Source: Gemmatimonadota bacterium (lineage in GTDB: Bacteria; Gemmatimonadota; Gemmatimonadetes; Gemmatimonadales; Gemmatimonadaceae). From it: 36,303 nucleotides of DNA. Below the pieces are notes generated by a model that ran no database searches, was not told the DNA's origin, and was given only the letters and a program-made list of their open reading frames with translations. Within the stretch, counting starts at the first letter, position 1, and each line of letters opens with the position of its first letter. Shown here one piece after another: positions 18,398 to 28,068 of the stretch. A program made the position numbers and the translations under genes. The DNA is taken from assembly GCA_031372565.1 (NCBI GenBank), contig JANMLN010000171.1, forward strand, positions 1 through 36,303. Reading direction: 5' to 3'.

Positions 18398-18427
18398 AAG
18401 CAGGTCCTTCGCTGCGCTCAGGATGAC
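18398..18427 (-). repeat. REP-like 30-bp extragenic element GTCATCCTGAGCGCAGCGAAGGACCTGCTT
   Basis: 29/30 identical to the unit tandemly repeated at 36161-36220. Begins 14 nt after the ilvE stop in transcript sense. Internal TCCT/AGGA stem. Confidence 0.85.
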
Positions 18428-18440
18428 CGATGCGCTTCGC

Positions 18441-19370
18441 TCAGGTCGACACGAGGGTGCGCCAGTTGTGCGTATCCGGCAGCGCCCCCTTGGCGTACTC
18501 GAGATACCGCTTCTGCAGCGCGAGCGTGATCGGCCCCGCCTTCCCGGACCCGATCGGCTTGCGATCCACCGTGGCGACGGGCGTGACTTCGGCGGCCGTA
18601 CCGGTGAAGAAGATCTCGTCCGCCCCGTACAGCATCTCGCGCGGAATCTGGCGCGGCTCGATCGTGATGCCGATGTCGTTGGCGAGCGTGATGATCGAAT
18701 CCATCGTGATGCCGGGGAGCAGCGTGCCGTCGAGTGCGGGCGTGTACACCTTGCCGCGCCAGACAACGAAGATGTTCATCCCGGTGCCTTCGCTCACCAG
18801 CCCGGCGGGGCTCAACCCGATCGCTTCCTGGAAGCCGTTGCGCTTGGCCTCCCACTTCATGAGCTGGCTGCTCAGGTACTGCCCCGCCGCCTTGGCCATG
18901 AGCGGGTAGGTGTTGGGATGCGCGCGCTGCCAACTGCTGACGCAGGCGTGCACGCCGGCCTCGAGCGCGCCGGCGCCCAAGTAGGTGCCCCACGGGAAGG
19001 CGGGCACGTACGTCTCGACGGGACTGCCATCGGCTTCAAGGCCGGCAGCGCCGTAGCCGAGCAACACGACCGGGCGGAGGTAGCAGCCCGTGAGCTTGTT
19101 TCTCGACACGGCATCGAGGCACGCCTTGGTGAGCGTCGCCATGTCGTGCGTGACGTCCAGGTTGTACGTGCGCGCCGAGTCGAGCAGACGGCGCAGGTGA
19201 TCCTCGAGGCGGAAGATCGCGGGACCGTCCGGCGTCTCATAGCAGCGGATCCCTTCGAACACGGAGGTGCCGAACTGGACGGCGGTCGCGAGCACGTGCA
19301 GCTGCGCGTCCTCCCACTTCACGAACGTTCCGTCCTTCCAGATCCAGTCGGCCTTGGTGATCGGTGCCAT
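18441..19370 (-). CDS. ilvE: Branched-chain amino acid aminotransferase (PLP class IV)
   Basis: 'WIWKDG.FVKWEDA', 'FGTSVFEGIRCY', 'FRLEDHLRRL', PLP lysine region 'AKAAGQY', 'EGTGMNIF', 'LLPGITM', 'ADEIFFTGTAAEVTPV'. Confidence 0.93.
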   Translation of the reverse strand: MAPITKADWIWKDGTFVKWEDAQLHVLATAVQFGTSVFEGIRCYETPDGPAIFRLEDHLRRLLDSARTYNLDVTHDMATLTKACLDAVSRNKLTGCYLRPVVLLGYGAAGLEADGSPVETYVPAFPWGTYLGAGALEAGVHACVSSWQRAHPNTYPLMAKAAGQYLSSQLMKWEAKRNGFQEAIGLSPAGLVSEGTGMNIFVVWRGKVYTPALDGTLLPGITMDSIITLANDIGITIEPRQIPREMLYGADEIFFTGTAAEVTPVATVDRKPIGSGKAGPITLALQKRYLEYAKGALPDTHNWRTLVST

Positions 19371-19438
19371 GCGGGTCCTGTGCGTGTAGGCGAAGTGAAT
19401 GGGGCGCGTCTGCGAGCCGGCGAACCGCTCCCGTGCGA

Positions 19439-19837
19439 TCAGCGAGAACGCAGCAGATCGTCGACGCCAGTCTTCAGGTAATCGTCCGACTTGTTGAGCC
19501 AGTCGGCCCGGGGCGGATCGAAGATATCGACATCCAGCGTGTCCTCGATCGCCTCGGCGCGATGCGGCACGTTGCCCGGAATCGTCAACACCTCGCCCGC
19601 GCGGACGGTGATCTCGGTTTCGCCCTGGTCCCCGATCCAGAACCTGAGCGCCCCTTCGAGGATGTACGTGATCTGCTCGTTCTCGTGCGAGTGGCGCGGC
19701 ACGATGGAGCCCTTCTTGAGATACACGTGGGCGATCATCATCCGGTTGCAGGTGATGAGCCGACGACTGATCATCTCGGTCACCTCTTCCTTGGGCATCG
19801 CCTCCCAGCGATGCCAGCGGGCGGTCGTTTCTGCCAT
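19439..19837 (-). CDS. Cupin domain-containing protein
   Basis: Cupin motif 1 'PRHSHENEQITYILEG', motif 2 'GEVLTIPGNVPH', and 'DIFDPPRADW'. GGAG upstream of ATG 19837. Confidence 0.9.
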   Translation of the reverse strand: MAETTARWHRWEAMPKEEVTEMISRRLITCNRMMIAHVYLKKGSIVPRHSHENEQITYILEGALRFWIGDQGETEITVRAGEVLTIPGNVPHRAEAIEDTLDVDIFDPPRADWLNKSDDYLKTGVDDLLRSR

Positions 19838-19872
19838 TGCGCTACTCCGGATAGTGTGGTCGAGCGTGTCGC

Positions 19873-21150
19873 TCACGCCGCGATCGTCTTGAGGGCCTTC
19901 ACGAACTGGTCCAGCTCGGTCGTCGTGGTGAACAGCTGCGGACAGACGCGCACCCCGTGCACACCGGCGCCATCGATGGCCACGGTGAAGATCTTGAACT
20001 CGGTCATCAGCCGCTTGGCAAGCGCACCCGGCGTTATACCCTGCACGCCGACATTGGCGATCGCGCCCGATCGTTCCGGCTGCGACGGCGTGTTGAGGAC
20101 GATCCGCCGATGGCCGCGCACCTGGTCGGTCCAGTAGCGCTGCAGGTAGCGGAGCCGCGCGCTCTTGCGCTGGATCCCGATGGCCTGATGGAATGCGATC
20201 GCGTCCATGATCGCGAGATCGGTCGCGACCGGATGCGTCCCCGTGTGGTTGAGCTTGCGAATATCATCGGCGGCAAAGCCCATGTCGGCAAAGACGGGCC
20301 AGAGCGGCGCGATGCGATCCTTGCGCACATACAGGAGTCCCGCGCCCAGCGGCGTCCCGAGCCACTTGTGGAGTGACGTGGCGAAGTAGTCGATGGGGCC
20401 GAGATCGCCGAGCGTGAAGTCGAGCTGCGCGAAGGTGTGCGCGCCGTCGACCATGACCTCGACGCCGCGCGCCTGCGCCATCGCGGTGATCTTCCTGATC
20501 GGGAGGATCTGCCCGGTGATGTTCACCGTGTGGCAGACCATGAGCAGGCGGGTGCGCGACGTGATGGCAGCGGCGTACGCCCGCACGACCTCGTCATCCG
20601 ACTGTGGATCCATGGGCAGCGTGATCACGCGGTTCACGGTGCCGTATCGCCTGGCCTGCAACGAGAACATGTCGAGCATCGCGCCGTAATCCTGCTCCGC
20701 CATCACCGCTTCATCGCCGGGCTTCCAGTCGCGCCCGGCAATCACCGTGTCGAGACTCTCGGTGGTGTTGCGCGTGATGATCAGCTCCGCTGGCGTACAC
20801 CCGAGGAGCGTGGCCAGCGCGTCGCGCGCCACGGCCTTGTCGTCGTCCTTGGTCGTGCGCATGTAGTACGACGACACGGCGTTGACGCGGCGCAGATGGC
20901 CGATGTACGCCTCGAGCACCGGAGTGGCCTGGAGCGAGTAGTAGCCGTTCTCGAGCTGGATGAAGTCGCGCGTGACCCCGTACTTCGCGCGCAGGTCATC
21001 CCAGAGGTCGTTGGTGCGCGCGAGCACGTCGGGCGCCAGATGGGTCGTGTGCGCGAATGCGTCGCGCAGCCCCGCGAGCGGACTGAGCGCGAGCGCCCCG
21101 GCGGAGGCAGCGGCGCTCGCGAGAAACTCGCGCTTGGTGCGATGCGACAT
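19873..21150 (-). CDS. PLP-dependent aminotransferase class V (isopenicillin-N epimerase/cysteine desulfurase-like) with Tat-like leader
   Basis: 'ITRNTTESL', 'MVDGAH', PLP lysine motif 'SLHKW', 'P.GAGLLYV'. N-terminus 'TKREFL' followed by a hydrophobic stretch and AFA. Confidence 0.88.
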   Translation of the reverse strand: MSHRTKREFLASAAASAGALALSPLAGLRDAFAHTTHLAPDVLARTNDLWDDLRAKYGVTRDFIQLENGYYSLQATPVLEAYIGHLRRVNAVSSYYMRTTKDDDKAVARDALATLLGCTPAELIITRNTTESLDTVIAGRDWKPGDEAVMAEQDYGAMLDMFSLQARRYGTVNRVITLPMDPQSDDEVVRAYAAAITSRTRLLMVCHTVNITGQILPIRKITAMAQARGVEVMVDGAHTFAQLDFTLGDLGPIDYFATSLHKWLGTPLGAGLLYVRKDRIAPLWPVFADMGFAADDIRKLNHTGTHPVATDLAIMDAIAFHQAIGIQRKSARLRYLQRYWTDQVRGHRRIVLNTPSQPERSGAIANVGVQGITPGALAKRLMTEFKIFTVAIDGAGVHGVRVCPQLFTTTTELDQFVKALKTIAA

Positions 21151-21186
21151 GCGGCGGTCGGACGCGGAAGAGGGGAACAGTCGGGG

Positions 21187-21215
21187 AGAATGGGCGCGCG
21201 CGCAGGGGGCGTCAA
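21187..21215 (-). promoter_or_regulatory. Sigma70-type promoter TTGACG-N17-CATTCT upstream of the class V aminotransferase
   Basis: On the minus strand TTGACG (21215-21210), exactly 17 nt, then CATTCT (21192-21187), inside the 80-bp intergenic gap. Confidence 0.7.
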
Positions 21216-21230
21216 CTGCGCGCGGCTGCC

Positions 21231-24200
21231 TTACCGCCCGAGCTCGCCCAGTACCTGGTCAAGCGTCTCCACCACGCGGTCCGCGTCTGCCTCGTCGAAC
21301 GGCATCGGTGGCCGGATCTTGACCACGTTGTGATGCGGGCCGTCGGTGCCGAGCAGGATGCCGTGATCGCGCATCCGGTTGGAGACGTACGAGGCTTCGT
21401 CGCCGGCAGGCTCCAGCGTATCGCGGTCTCGCACCAGCTCGATCCCCAGAAAGAGCCCTTCCCCGCGTACGTCACCCACGATCTCATGCCGTGGCGCAAG
21501 CTCCCGTAGTCCGGTGAGCAGGTGCGTGCCCACCCACGCCGCGTGCGCCTGCAACTGCTCGCGCTCCATCACATCCAGCACGGCGTTCCCCACGACGCAG
21601 CTCACGGTGTTGCCGCCGAACGTGCTGAAGTACTCCATGCCGTTGTCGAATGCATCGGCAATCGCGCGCGTGGTGACCACGGCCGCCAATGGATGTCCGT
21701 TGCCGAGCGGCTTGCCCATCACCACGATGTCGGGCACCACGCCATGCGCCTGGAAGGCCCACGTGTGCGAACCGACACGACCGAGCCCGGTCTGGACCTC
21801 GTCGGCGATGCAGAGGCCGCCCGCAGCACGCACGGCGTCGTACACCCCCGACAGGTACTTCGGGGGGAAGAAGAGCTGGCCGCCCACGCTGGGGCAGGTC
21901 TCGGCAATGAAGCCCGCGAGTTCGCGACCCTGCGCGTCGAGTCCGGCAAGCTGCGTGGCGACATCACGCGCGTACTTGGCTCCGGCCTCGGCGTCGCTGC
22001 GCTTGTACGCGCCGCGATAGCTGTCGGGGAGCGGCGCCACGTGGACCCAGTCCGGTGGGCCCGCGCCGCCCGGGCCATTGTGCTTGTACGGACTGATGTC
22101 GACCAGCGAGGTGGTGTTGCCGTGATACGCCGCCTCGAGCACGAGCATGTCCTTCCGCCGCGTGGCTGCGCGCACGAGCCGCAGCGACAGTTCGTTGGCC
22201 TCGCTCGCCGAACTCACGAGATACGCCACGCGGAGCGGTTCGGGCAGGGAGGCCGTGAGTCGTTCCACGTACTGCTCGAGCGCGTCGTGCAGGTACCGGG
22301 TGTTGGTACTGAGCACCGCCATCTGCCGCGCGGCCGCCTGCACCACGTGCGGATGCGCGTGCCCGACGTGCGGCACGTTGTTGTAGGCGTCGAGATAGCG
22401 GCGCCCGTCGTCATCGTACAGATACTGCTTCCAGCCGCGCACGATGCGCACCGGGCGGCGGTACGCGATGCTGAGCGACGGCCCGATCACGGCGCGACGG
22501 CGCGCGAGCGTATCGGCAACGGGTGGCAGCGGCTTCGGGAACAGGTCGGCGCGGAGGCCGACGATCAGGTTCGGGTCCGGCGACACCGAACGCCACACGT
22601 CGCGTCGCGTGGGCGTGCCCACGCCGGGAAAGTTCTTGCGCTCGTCCAGCATGTCGGTGATCACCTGCAGGTGCAGGTGCGGCGGCCAGCCGCCATTCAC
22701 GGCCGCGCTGCCCAGCGTCGCGATCTGCTGCCCCTTGGTCACGCGACGCTCGGCACGCACGGCCTCGAACGACGTCGGATCGAGATGGCCGTACAATGTG
22801 AAGAACGGTGTCCCGTCGTCGGTCTCGTGCCGGAGGATGAGCAATCCGCCGTAGTCGAGCGGCAGATCGTGATGCTCGATCAGGGCCACCGTACCGTCCA
22901 TCGGCGCGCACACGGGGGTTCCCGCCGCGGCAAACAGGTCGAGCCCGATGTGCACGGTGCGATGTTCGCTCGTGGTGCCATCACCGCCGGCAAAGGCGGG
23001 CGTCGCGTACAGCAGCCGCGGCTCGTCGTAGCGCCCGACCGCGACGCGTGCGCCGGCCTCGCGGAGTTCGTCGTCGACGCGAGCGGCAAACGGCGTTGCT
23101 TCGTTCTGCCGCGCATCGCCGTGGACCAGCGCACTCCCGATGCTCAGGTCGAGCACATGCACAGGCTCGGCGTGCAGGTCGATGCCGAGCACCGAGGCAA
23201 ACGACGCCGTGTTGGCGGCGAGCCACTCCCGGACACGGGTACTCCCCGGCATGGGCTCGAGACCGCACGCGCTCCGCAGCGTGCCGGCCGCGAACGCGAA
23301 CGGCACCTTGGCCAGGCGCGGCAGCGTACGCGCCAGCGGCGCCTGACTCACACCGAGATACTCGTTCCCGGGGTCGGCGCGCTGCTGCTCGGCGGCAAGG
23401 ACGGCGCTCATGCACAGGCGGAGCAGCGTGAGGCCCCACAACGCCTGCAGCTCCGGTTCGCCGATCGGGCGTACGTCGTGGTAGCCGCGCGTCATCTCCC
23501 ACGCGACCGAGAGCGGATCGGGGGCATCGAGCATCGCGTACGCCATGGCAATCGCCAGGTCGCCGATGGTGATGCCGTGCACCATGTCGCCAAAGTCGAG
23601 CAGCGCCGTGACGTGCTGCGCATGGTCATGCAGCGTGGTGCCGCCGCCGACGAGCACGTTGTAGTCGTTCAGATCGCCATGGATGACGCTGCGCGCGAGG
23701 TCATCGAGCCGTGGCGCCGTGTGGGCATCGAAGCGATGGATGATGACATCGAGTGCGACGCGCACGACCGGATCGGTGAGCAGCCCGCGATGGCGATCGA
23801 CCACGGCCCGACCCTGCGCGAGATCCCAGTGGAATTCCCGGTGCAGCGCCGGGTCGTCGAACCCGTCGAGAGCGCTCGTCAGCTGCGCCACCGCCGCTCC
23901 GAACTCGCGCCAGAGCGCCGGCGTGCGGTGGGCGATGCTCCCGAGTGGACGGCCGGGCATGGCCGAGATCGCCCACGCGAGGTGTTCGCGACCATCGGAA
24001 CCGGAGATGGTCGCCAAGGTGGTCCCGTCGGCCATCGGCACGACGCGCGGCACCAAGGGGCACCGCTCGGCCACGTACTGCATGGCGCGCTGCTCCGCGT
24101 CGAGAAAGGCGCGCGCCTCGTTGGCGTTCGCCACCTTGAGCACGAACCTCGGCGCACCGTGCACATGCAGCAGCAGGTTCTGGTCGCGCTCGCTGGGCAG

Positions 24201-24287
24201 CGCCGACGCGGACGCCTCGACTCCGAGATGGTCGCGCGCGAACCGGGTGGCGTCGGCAGCGCTGAGCGTCGGTACGGAGGGCGTCAT
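21231..24287 (-). CDS. Tri-domain fusion: APH/hydroxylysine-kinase-like phosphotransferase, M23-like domain, class III PLP enzyme (phospho-lyase/aminotransferase), about 1,018 aa
   Basis: Kinase 'LPSERDQN', 'HGDLNDYNVL', 'LDFGD'. M23 'HIGLD', 'TLYGHL', 'PHLHLQ'. Class III 'YLDAYNNVPHVGH', 'AYHG', 'IADEVQTGLGR', 'MGKPLGNG', 'KIRPP'. Start placed at ATG 24287. Confidence 0.9.
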   Translation of the reverse strand: MTPSVPTLSAADATRFARDHLGVEASASALPSERDQNLLLHVHGAPRFVLKVANANEARAFLDAEQRAMQYVAERCPLVPRVVPMADGTTLATISGSDGREHLAWAISAMPGRPLGSIAHRTPALWREFGAAVAQLTSALDGFDDPALHREFHWDLAQGRAVVDRHRGLLTDPVVRVALDVIIHRFDAHTAPRLDDLARSVIHGDLNDYNVLVGGGTTLHDHAQHVTALLDFGDMVHGITIGDLAIAMAYAMLDAPDPLSVAWEMTRGYHDVRPIGEPELQALWGLTLLRLCMSAVLAAEQQRADPGNEYLGVSQAPLARTLPRLAKVPFAFAAGTLRSACGLEPMPGSTRVREWLAANTASFASVLGIDLHAEPVHVLDLSIGSALVHGDARQNEATPFAARVDDELREAGARVAVGRYDEPRLLYATPAFAGGDGTTSEHRTVHIGLDLFAAAGTPVCAPMDGTVALIEHHDLPLDYGGLLILRHETDDGTPFFTLYGHLDPTSFEAVRAERRVTKGQQIATLGSAAVNGGWPPHLHLQVITDMLDERKNFPGVGTPTRRDVWRSVSPDPNLIVGLRADLFPKPLPPVADTLARRRAVIGPSLSIAYRRPVRIVRGWKQYLYDDDGRRYLDAYNNVPHVGHAHPHVVQAAARQMAVLSTNTRYLHDALEQYVERLTASLPEPLRVAYLVSSASEANELSLRLVRAATRRKDMLVLEAAYHGNTTSLVDISPYKHNGPGGAGPPDWVHVAPLPDSYRGAYKRSDAEAGAKYARDVATQLAGLDAQGRELAGFIAETCPSVGGQLFFPPKYLSGVYDAVRAAGGLCIADEVQTGLGRVGSHTWAFQAHGVVPDIVVMGKPLGNGHPLAAVVTTRAIADAFDNGMEYFSTFGGNTVSCVVGNAVLDVMEREQLQAHAAWVGTHLLTGLRELAPRHEIVGDVRGEGLFLGIELVRDRDTLEPAGDEASYVSNRMRDHGILLGTDGPHHNVVKIRPPMPFDEADADRVVETLDQVLGELGR

Positions 24288-24395
24288 GCCTGAGAAGATG
24301 GAGAGCGCCGCCGTGTTGCGGCAGCGCCCACCGTGCGCTGGCGCGCGCGTGCACACCACCGCATGATGGAGTCGTCCCTTTGCGCCGGAGAGCGT

Positions 24396-25439
24396 GTGTC
24401 GTTGCGTCGCCTGATGATGGCCTGTGCGTGGTGCCTGCCCGCGAGTCTCGCGGCGCAGCCGGTCCCGTCTGCGTCGGGAGTGACGGTCATCCGCCAGACC
24501 AGTGGCACCACGCAGCTGCTGGTGGGGCTGCACGCGGTGAACGAGCGCGTCGTCTGGGCCACGGGCGCGGGCGGGACCGTGCTGCGCACCACGGACGGCG
24601 GCACCAGCTGGCAGTCACGACCGATCGCGGGTGGCACCTCGCTGGCCGTGCGCGACGTGCACGCGCTCGACTCGCTCACCGCGTGGGTGCTCTCGATCGG
24701 CAACGCCGACAGTTCGCGCATCTATCGCACGACCGACGGCGGTTTGCACTGGGAGGCACAGTTCGTGAACGACGATCCAGCCGCGTTCTACGATTGCCTC
24801 GCGTTCTGGGACGCACGTCGTGCGATCGTGATGAGCGATGGCGCGCGCGGGCGCATCCCGGTGCGTCTCACCCGTGATGGTGGGGCGCAGTGGGAGCTGC
24901 TGGAAGCCGAGCGACAACCGGTGGCCGATAGTGGCGAGGGCTCGCTCGCTTCGAGTGGCACGTGCGTGGCGGTCGCCGGATCGCAGCACGCCTGGATCGG
25001 CACCGTGGGCAACGCGCAGGGTGCGCGCGTGCTGCGATCGACGGATGGTGGTCGCAGCTGGGCCGCATCGATGACCCCCATTGGCGGCGGTGCCAAGGGG
25101 TCGAGCGTGGCGAGCCTGGCGTTTCGCGACGTGCGTCGCGGCTTTGCGGGCGGCGCCAAGGCACCGCGCGTGGCACGCACCACCGATGGCGGCGTCACCT
25201 GGATCGCCGTGGGCGAACCGACGTTCAGCGCCGATGTCTACGGGCTGGCGGTGCGCGGCGCTCGTGGCCCCGTGCTGGCGGGCGGGCGCAACGGACTCAG
25301 CATCAGTCGGGACGACGGCGACCACTGGGACGCGGTGGACGCGGGCGACTGGTGGAGCATCGCCTTTGCGAGTGACACGGTGGCATTCGCGGTCGGTCCC
25401 AAGGGACAGATCGCGCGACTCAGCCTGTCGCCGCGCTGA
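24396..25439 (+). CDS. Secreted BNR/Asp-box beta-propeller protein (Ycf48/WD40-YVTN-like)
   Basis: Six Asp-box repeats (RTTDGGTSW, RTTDGGLHW, LTRDGGAQW, RSTDGGRSW, RTTDGGVTW, ISRDDGDHW). GTG 24396 preceded by GGAG. Signal peptide ending 'LAA|Q'. Start uncertain (alternative ATG 24363). Confidence 0.82.
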   Translation: MSLRRLMMACAWCLPASLAAQPVPSASGVTVIRQTSGTTQLLVGLHAVNERVVWATGAGGTVLRTTDGGTSWQSRPIAGGTSLAVRDVHALDSLTAWVLSIGNADSSRIYRTTDGGLHWEAQFVNDDPAAFYDCLAFWDARRAIVMSDGARGRIPVRLTRDGGAQWELLEAERQPVADSGEGSLASSGTCVAVAGSQHAWIGTVGNAQGARVLRSTDGGRSWAASMTPIGGGAKGSSVASLAFRDVRRGFAGGAKAPRVARTTDGGVTWIAVGEPTFSADVYGLAVRGARGPVLAGGRNGLSISRDDGDHWDAVDAGDWWSIAFASDTVAFAVGPKGQIARLSLSPR

Positions 25440-26127
25440 CTGGCGGACCCTTGGCGTCGCGAATCCGGCGCCCGATGAAGAGCGAGCAGTAACCGCCGGA
25501 TGTGGCGTGCACACGCACGCTGTGTGTGTCGACCGCGAGCCCTGCACGCTCGAGCGTCTTCACGAAGGCGGGATCAGGCGCGGAGGACCAGTACGCCAAT
25601 CGACCGTTGTGCGCGAGCGCCGCCACCGCAGTGCGCACCCCCGCATCGCCGTACAGCTTGCGATTCGACTTGGTGGTGAGCGCGTCGGCGCCGTTGTCGA
25701 CGTCGAGCATGATGGCGTCGTACTGCCCCGCACCCTGGGCGAGCTGCGCGGCCACGTCGCCCACGCGGACCTCCACGCGCGGATCGGCGAGTGCCTCGCT
25801 CGAGAGCGCCCACGCCGGGTTGCTGTTCCATTCGACGACGGCGGGCACGAGCTCCGACACGACCACCCGTGCCGCGCCGCCGACTGCGCGCAGTGTGGCC
25901 TTGAGCGTGAACCCAAAACCAAGTCCTCCCACGAGCACCCGCGGTGCCGCCACCTCAGCCAGGTGCGCGCACGCCAGTTCTGCGAGCATCGCCTCCGAGT
26001 GAAAGCGGCGCGTGGACATGAGCTCCACGCCGCCCACGCGGATCTGGTAGGCGCCGTCGTGCCGGAAGAGCACGAGCTCGGTGCCGTCAGGGGCGGTCGC
26101 GGTAGCGAGGCGTTCGGTTGGCTTCAC
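25420..26127 (-). CDS. Spermidine synthase-like SAM-dependent methyltransferase-fold protein
   Basis: 'LMSTR...SE..LA', SAM motif 'VLVGGLGFGFTL', 'VVSELVP', 'YDAIMLDVDNG', 'G.LAYWS'. Start placed at GTG 26127. 3' end overlaps the convergent gene by 20 bp. Confidence 0.82.
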   Translation of the reverse strand: MKPTERLATATAPDGTELVLFRHDGAYQIRVGGVELMSTRRFHSEAMLAELACAHLAEVAAPRVLVGGLGFGFTLKATLRAVGGAARVVVSELVPAVVEWNSNPAWALSSEALADPRVEVRVGDVAAQLAQGAGQYDAIMLDVDNGADALTTKSNRKLYGDAGVRTAVAALAHNGRLAYWSSAPDPAFVKTLERAGLAVDTHSVRVHATSGGYCSLFIGRRIRDAKGPPVSAATG

Positions 26128-26254
26128 GGCAGGATGCGACGAGGGGAGAGGAACGGTCAAAGCTACGCGGCCGCTGCGCGCCGAGGCGGTTCGGCATGAA
26201 TGGCGCTACTATCTGCCGGAGCGCGCGTCCGTCTCACTCGCCATCCCATTCGTC

Positions 26255-28006
26255 ATGCGTCCACGTGTCGCGTTTCCGCTGCTGGTCCTGCTCATCGCCG
26301 TGGCATCCGGCGGGGCCGGTGCCCAGCAGCCGCGCGCAACGCTGCTGCTGCTCCACGGCAAGGTCCTGACCGTGGACGCGTCCGAGCGCGTCGCGCAGGC
26401 GGTCGCCATCGCGGGCACGCGTATTGTCGGCGTGGGCACGGACGCCGAGATGGAGAAGCTCGCCGCCCCGAACGCGAAGCGCGTGGACCTCAAGGGACGC
26501 ACCGTCACCCCCGGTCTCCTCGACGCGCACGTGCACTTCGCGCAGGGCGGCACGGACCAACTGCTCTTCATCCCGCTCGGCTTCCCGACCGTGAAGACCA
26601 TCGCCGAAGCGGTGGCGGCTGTGAAGGCACGCGTGGCCGCCACGCCGGCGGGCCAGTGGGTGCAGGGCAACGGGTGGGACGAAGGCAAGCTCGCGGAGAA
26701 GCGCTACATCACCGCCAGGGATCTCGATGCGGTGAGCCCCAACCATCCCGTGTACCTCGAGCACACCACCGGCCACTACGCGGCGGTCAACAGCGTGGCG
26801 CTCAAGCTCGCCGGCATTACCAAGGACACGAGGGATCCTCCAGCCGGCACGATTGATCGCAACGCTGACGGCACGCCCACGGGGGTGCTCAAGGAGACGG
26901 CGCAGGACCTCGTGCGGTCGCTGATTCCCGACGTCACACCGGCGCAGCTGGACCGCGGCATCGCGGACTTCGCGAAGAAGTTCAACGCTGAAGGGATGAC
27001 CGGCGGGAAAGACCCCGGTATCGATGACAGGACATGGGACGCGTACCAGCGCGTCGCGCGTGCCGGCAACCTGAGCGTGCGCATCTTCGCGCTCTGGAGC
27101 GGTGGGCGTTCGATCGCCGAGGCCACGGCGCTGATCGCCAAGCGCGCCAGGATGACGCGCCCGTACGAATCCACCGGCAACGACAACATCATTGCTGGCG
27201 GCGTGAAACTCTTCATGGACGGATCGGGCGGCGCGCGCACCGCGTGGGTCTACGACCCGTGGTACAAGAACGGCTCCACCGTGGACGGCGAGAATCGCGG
27301 CTATCCCGCCATGAACCCGCACACGATGCGCACGATGATCCGCCTGTACCACGATGCCGGGATGCATGTGTCCACGCACGCCATCGGTGACAAGGCGATC
27401 GACTGGATCGTGGACAGCTATGATCAGGCGCTCAAGGCGAAGCCGACCAAGGGCCTGCGTCATGGCATCATCCACGCCAACCTGCCGACCGACCGCGCGA
27501 TCGATGCGATGGCGCGCCTGCAGCGCGACTACGAGGCGGCCTATCCCGAACCGTCGGCCAGCTTCACCTGGTGGATCGGCGACCTGTACGCGGGCACCTT
27601 CGGCCCGCAGCGCGCAGCCCGCCTCAATCCGTTTCACACCTTCCAGTCGAAGGGGATCATCTGGGCGAACGGTTCCGATTTCTTCGTCACTCCCTTCCCC
27701 GCCCGCTACGGACTCTGGTCGGCCGTCGCCCGCGAGACGGCGCTCGGCACCTACGGTCGCACCCCCTTCGGGACACAGGAATCGGTGGACGTGCACGCCG
27801 CGCTTCGTGCCGTCACGATCTGGGTCGCGCGCCAGCAGTTCCTCGAGAAGAAGACGGGCTCGATCGAGGTGGGCAAGTATGCCGACCTCGCCATCTGGGA
27901 TCGCAACTTCTACGAGGTACCCACCGCGCAGCTCAAGGACGCGAAGTGCCTCATGACCGTGTTCAACGGCAAGATCGTGTACACGGCGGACGGCAGCGAC
28001 TTCTGA
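26255..28006 (+). CDS. Secreted amidohydrolase (YtcJ-like, Amidohydro_3)
   Basis: Signal peptide ending 'AGA|Q', 'DLKGRTVTPGLLDAHVH', 'G.GWDE', 'VKLFMDG', 'HAIGD', 'GSD', 'GSIEVGKYADL'. Confidence 0.92.
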   Translation: MRPRVAFPLLVLLIAVASGGAGAQQPRATLLLLHGKVLTVDASERVAQAVAIAGTRIVGVGTDAEMEKLAAPNAKRVDLKGRTVTPGLLDAHVHFAQGGTDQLLFIPLGFPTVKTIAEAVAAVKARVAATPAGQWVQGNGWDEGKLAEKRYITARDLDAVSPNHPVYLEHTTGHYAAVNSVALKLAGITKDTRDPPAGTIDRNADGTPTGVLKETAQDLVRSLIPDVTPAQLDRGIADFAKKFNAEGMTGGKDPGIDDRTWDAYQRVARAGNLSVRIFALWSGGRSIAEATALIAKRARMTRPYESTGNDNIIAGGVKLFMDGSGGARTAWVYDPWYKNGSTVDGENRGYPAMNPHTMRTMIRLYHDAGMHVSTHAIGDKAIDWIVDSYDQALKAKPTKGLRHGIIHANLPTDRAIDAMARLQRDYEAAYPEPSASFTWWIGDLYAGTFGPQRAARLNPFHTFQSKGIIWANGSDFFVTPFPARYGLWSAVARETALGTYGRTPFGTQESVDVHAALRAVTIWVARQQFLEKKTGSIEVGKYADLAIWDRNFYEVPTAQLKDAKCLMTVFNGKIVYTADGSDF

Positions 28007-28068
28007 CGTCCCTGCCGATGCGTCGATGGCGCTAGCTTTGACGTTCCCGCGCTCATGCTGGAGGGCAG

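Noticed and set aside
18288..19481. 397-aa plus-strand ORF spanning the intergenic region and ilvE
   Set aside because: Antisense to a well-supported ilvE, crosses the REP-like element, and has no motifs.
21522..24293. 923-aa plus-strand ORF
   Set aside because: Antisense shadow of the kinase/M23/aminotransferase gene, which carries all the recognisable motifs.
24396..25439. Photosystem II assembly factor Ycf48, suggested by the nearby por gene
   Set aside because: Asp-box propellers are widespread in non-phototrophs and no photosystem genes are present in the window.
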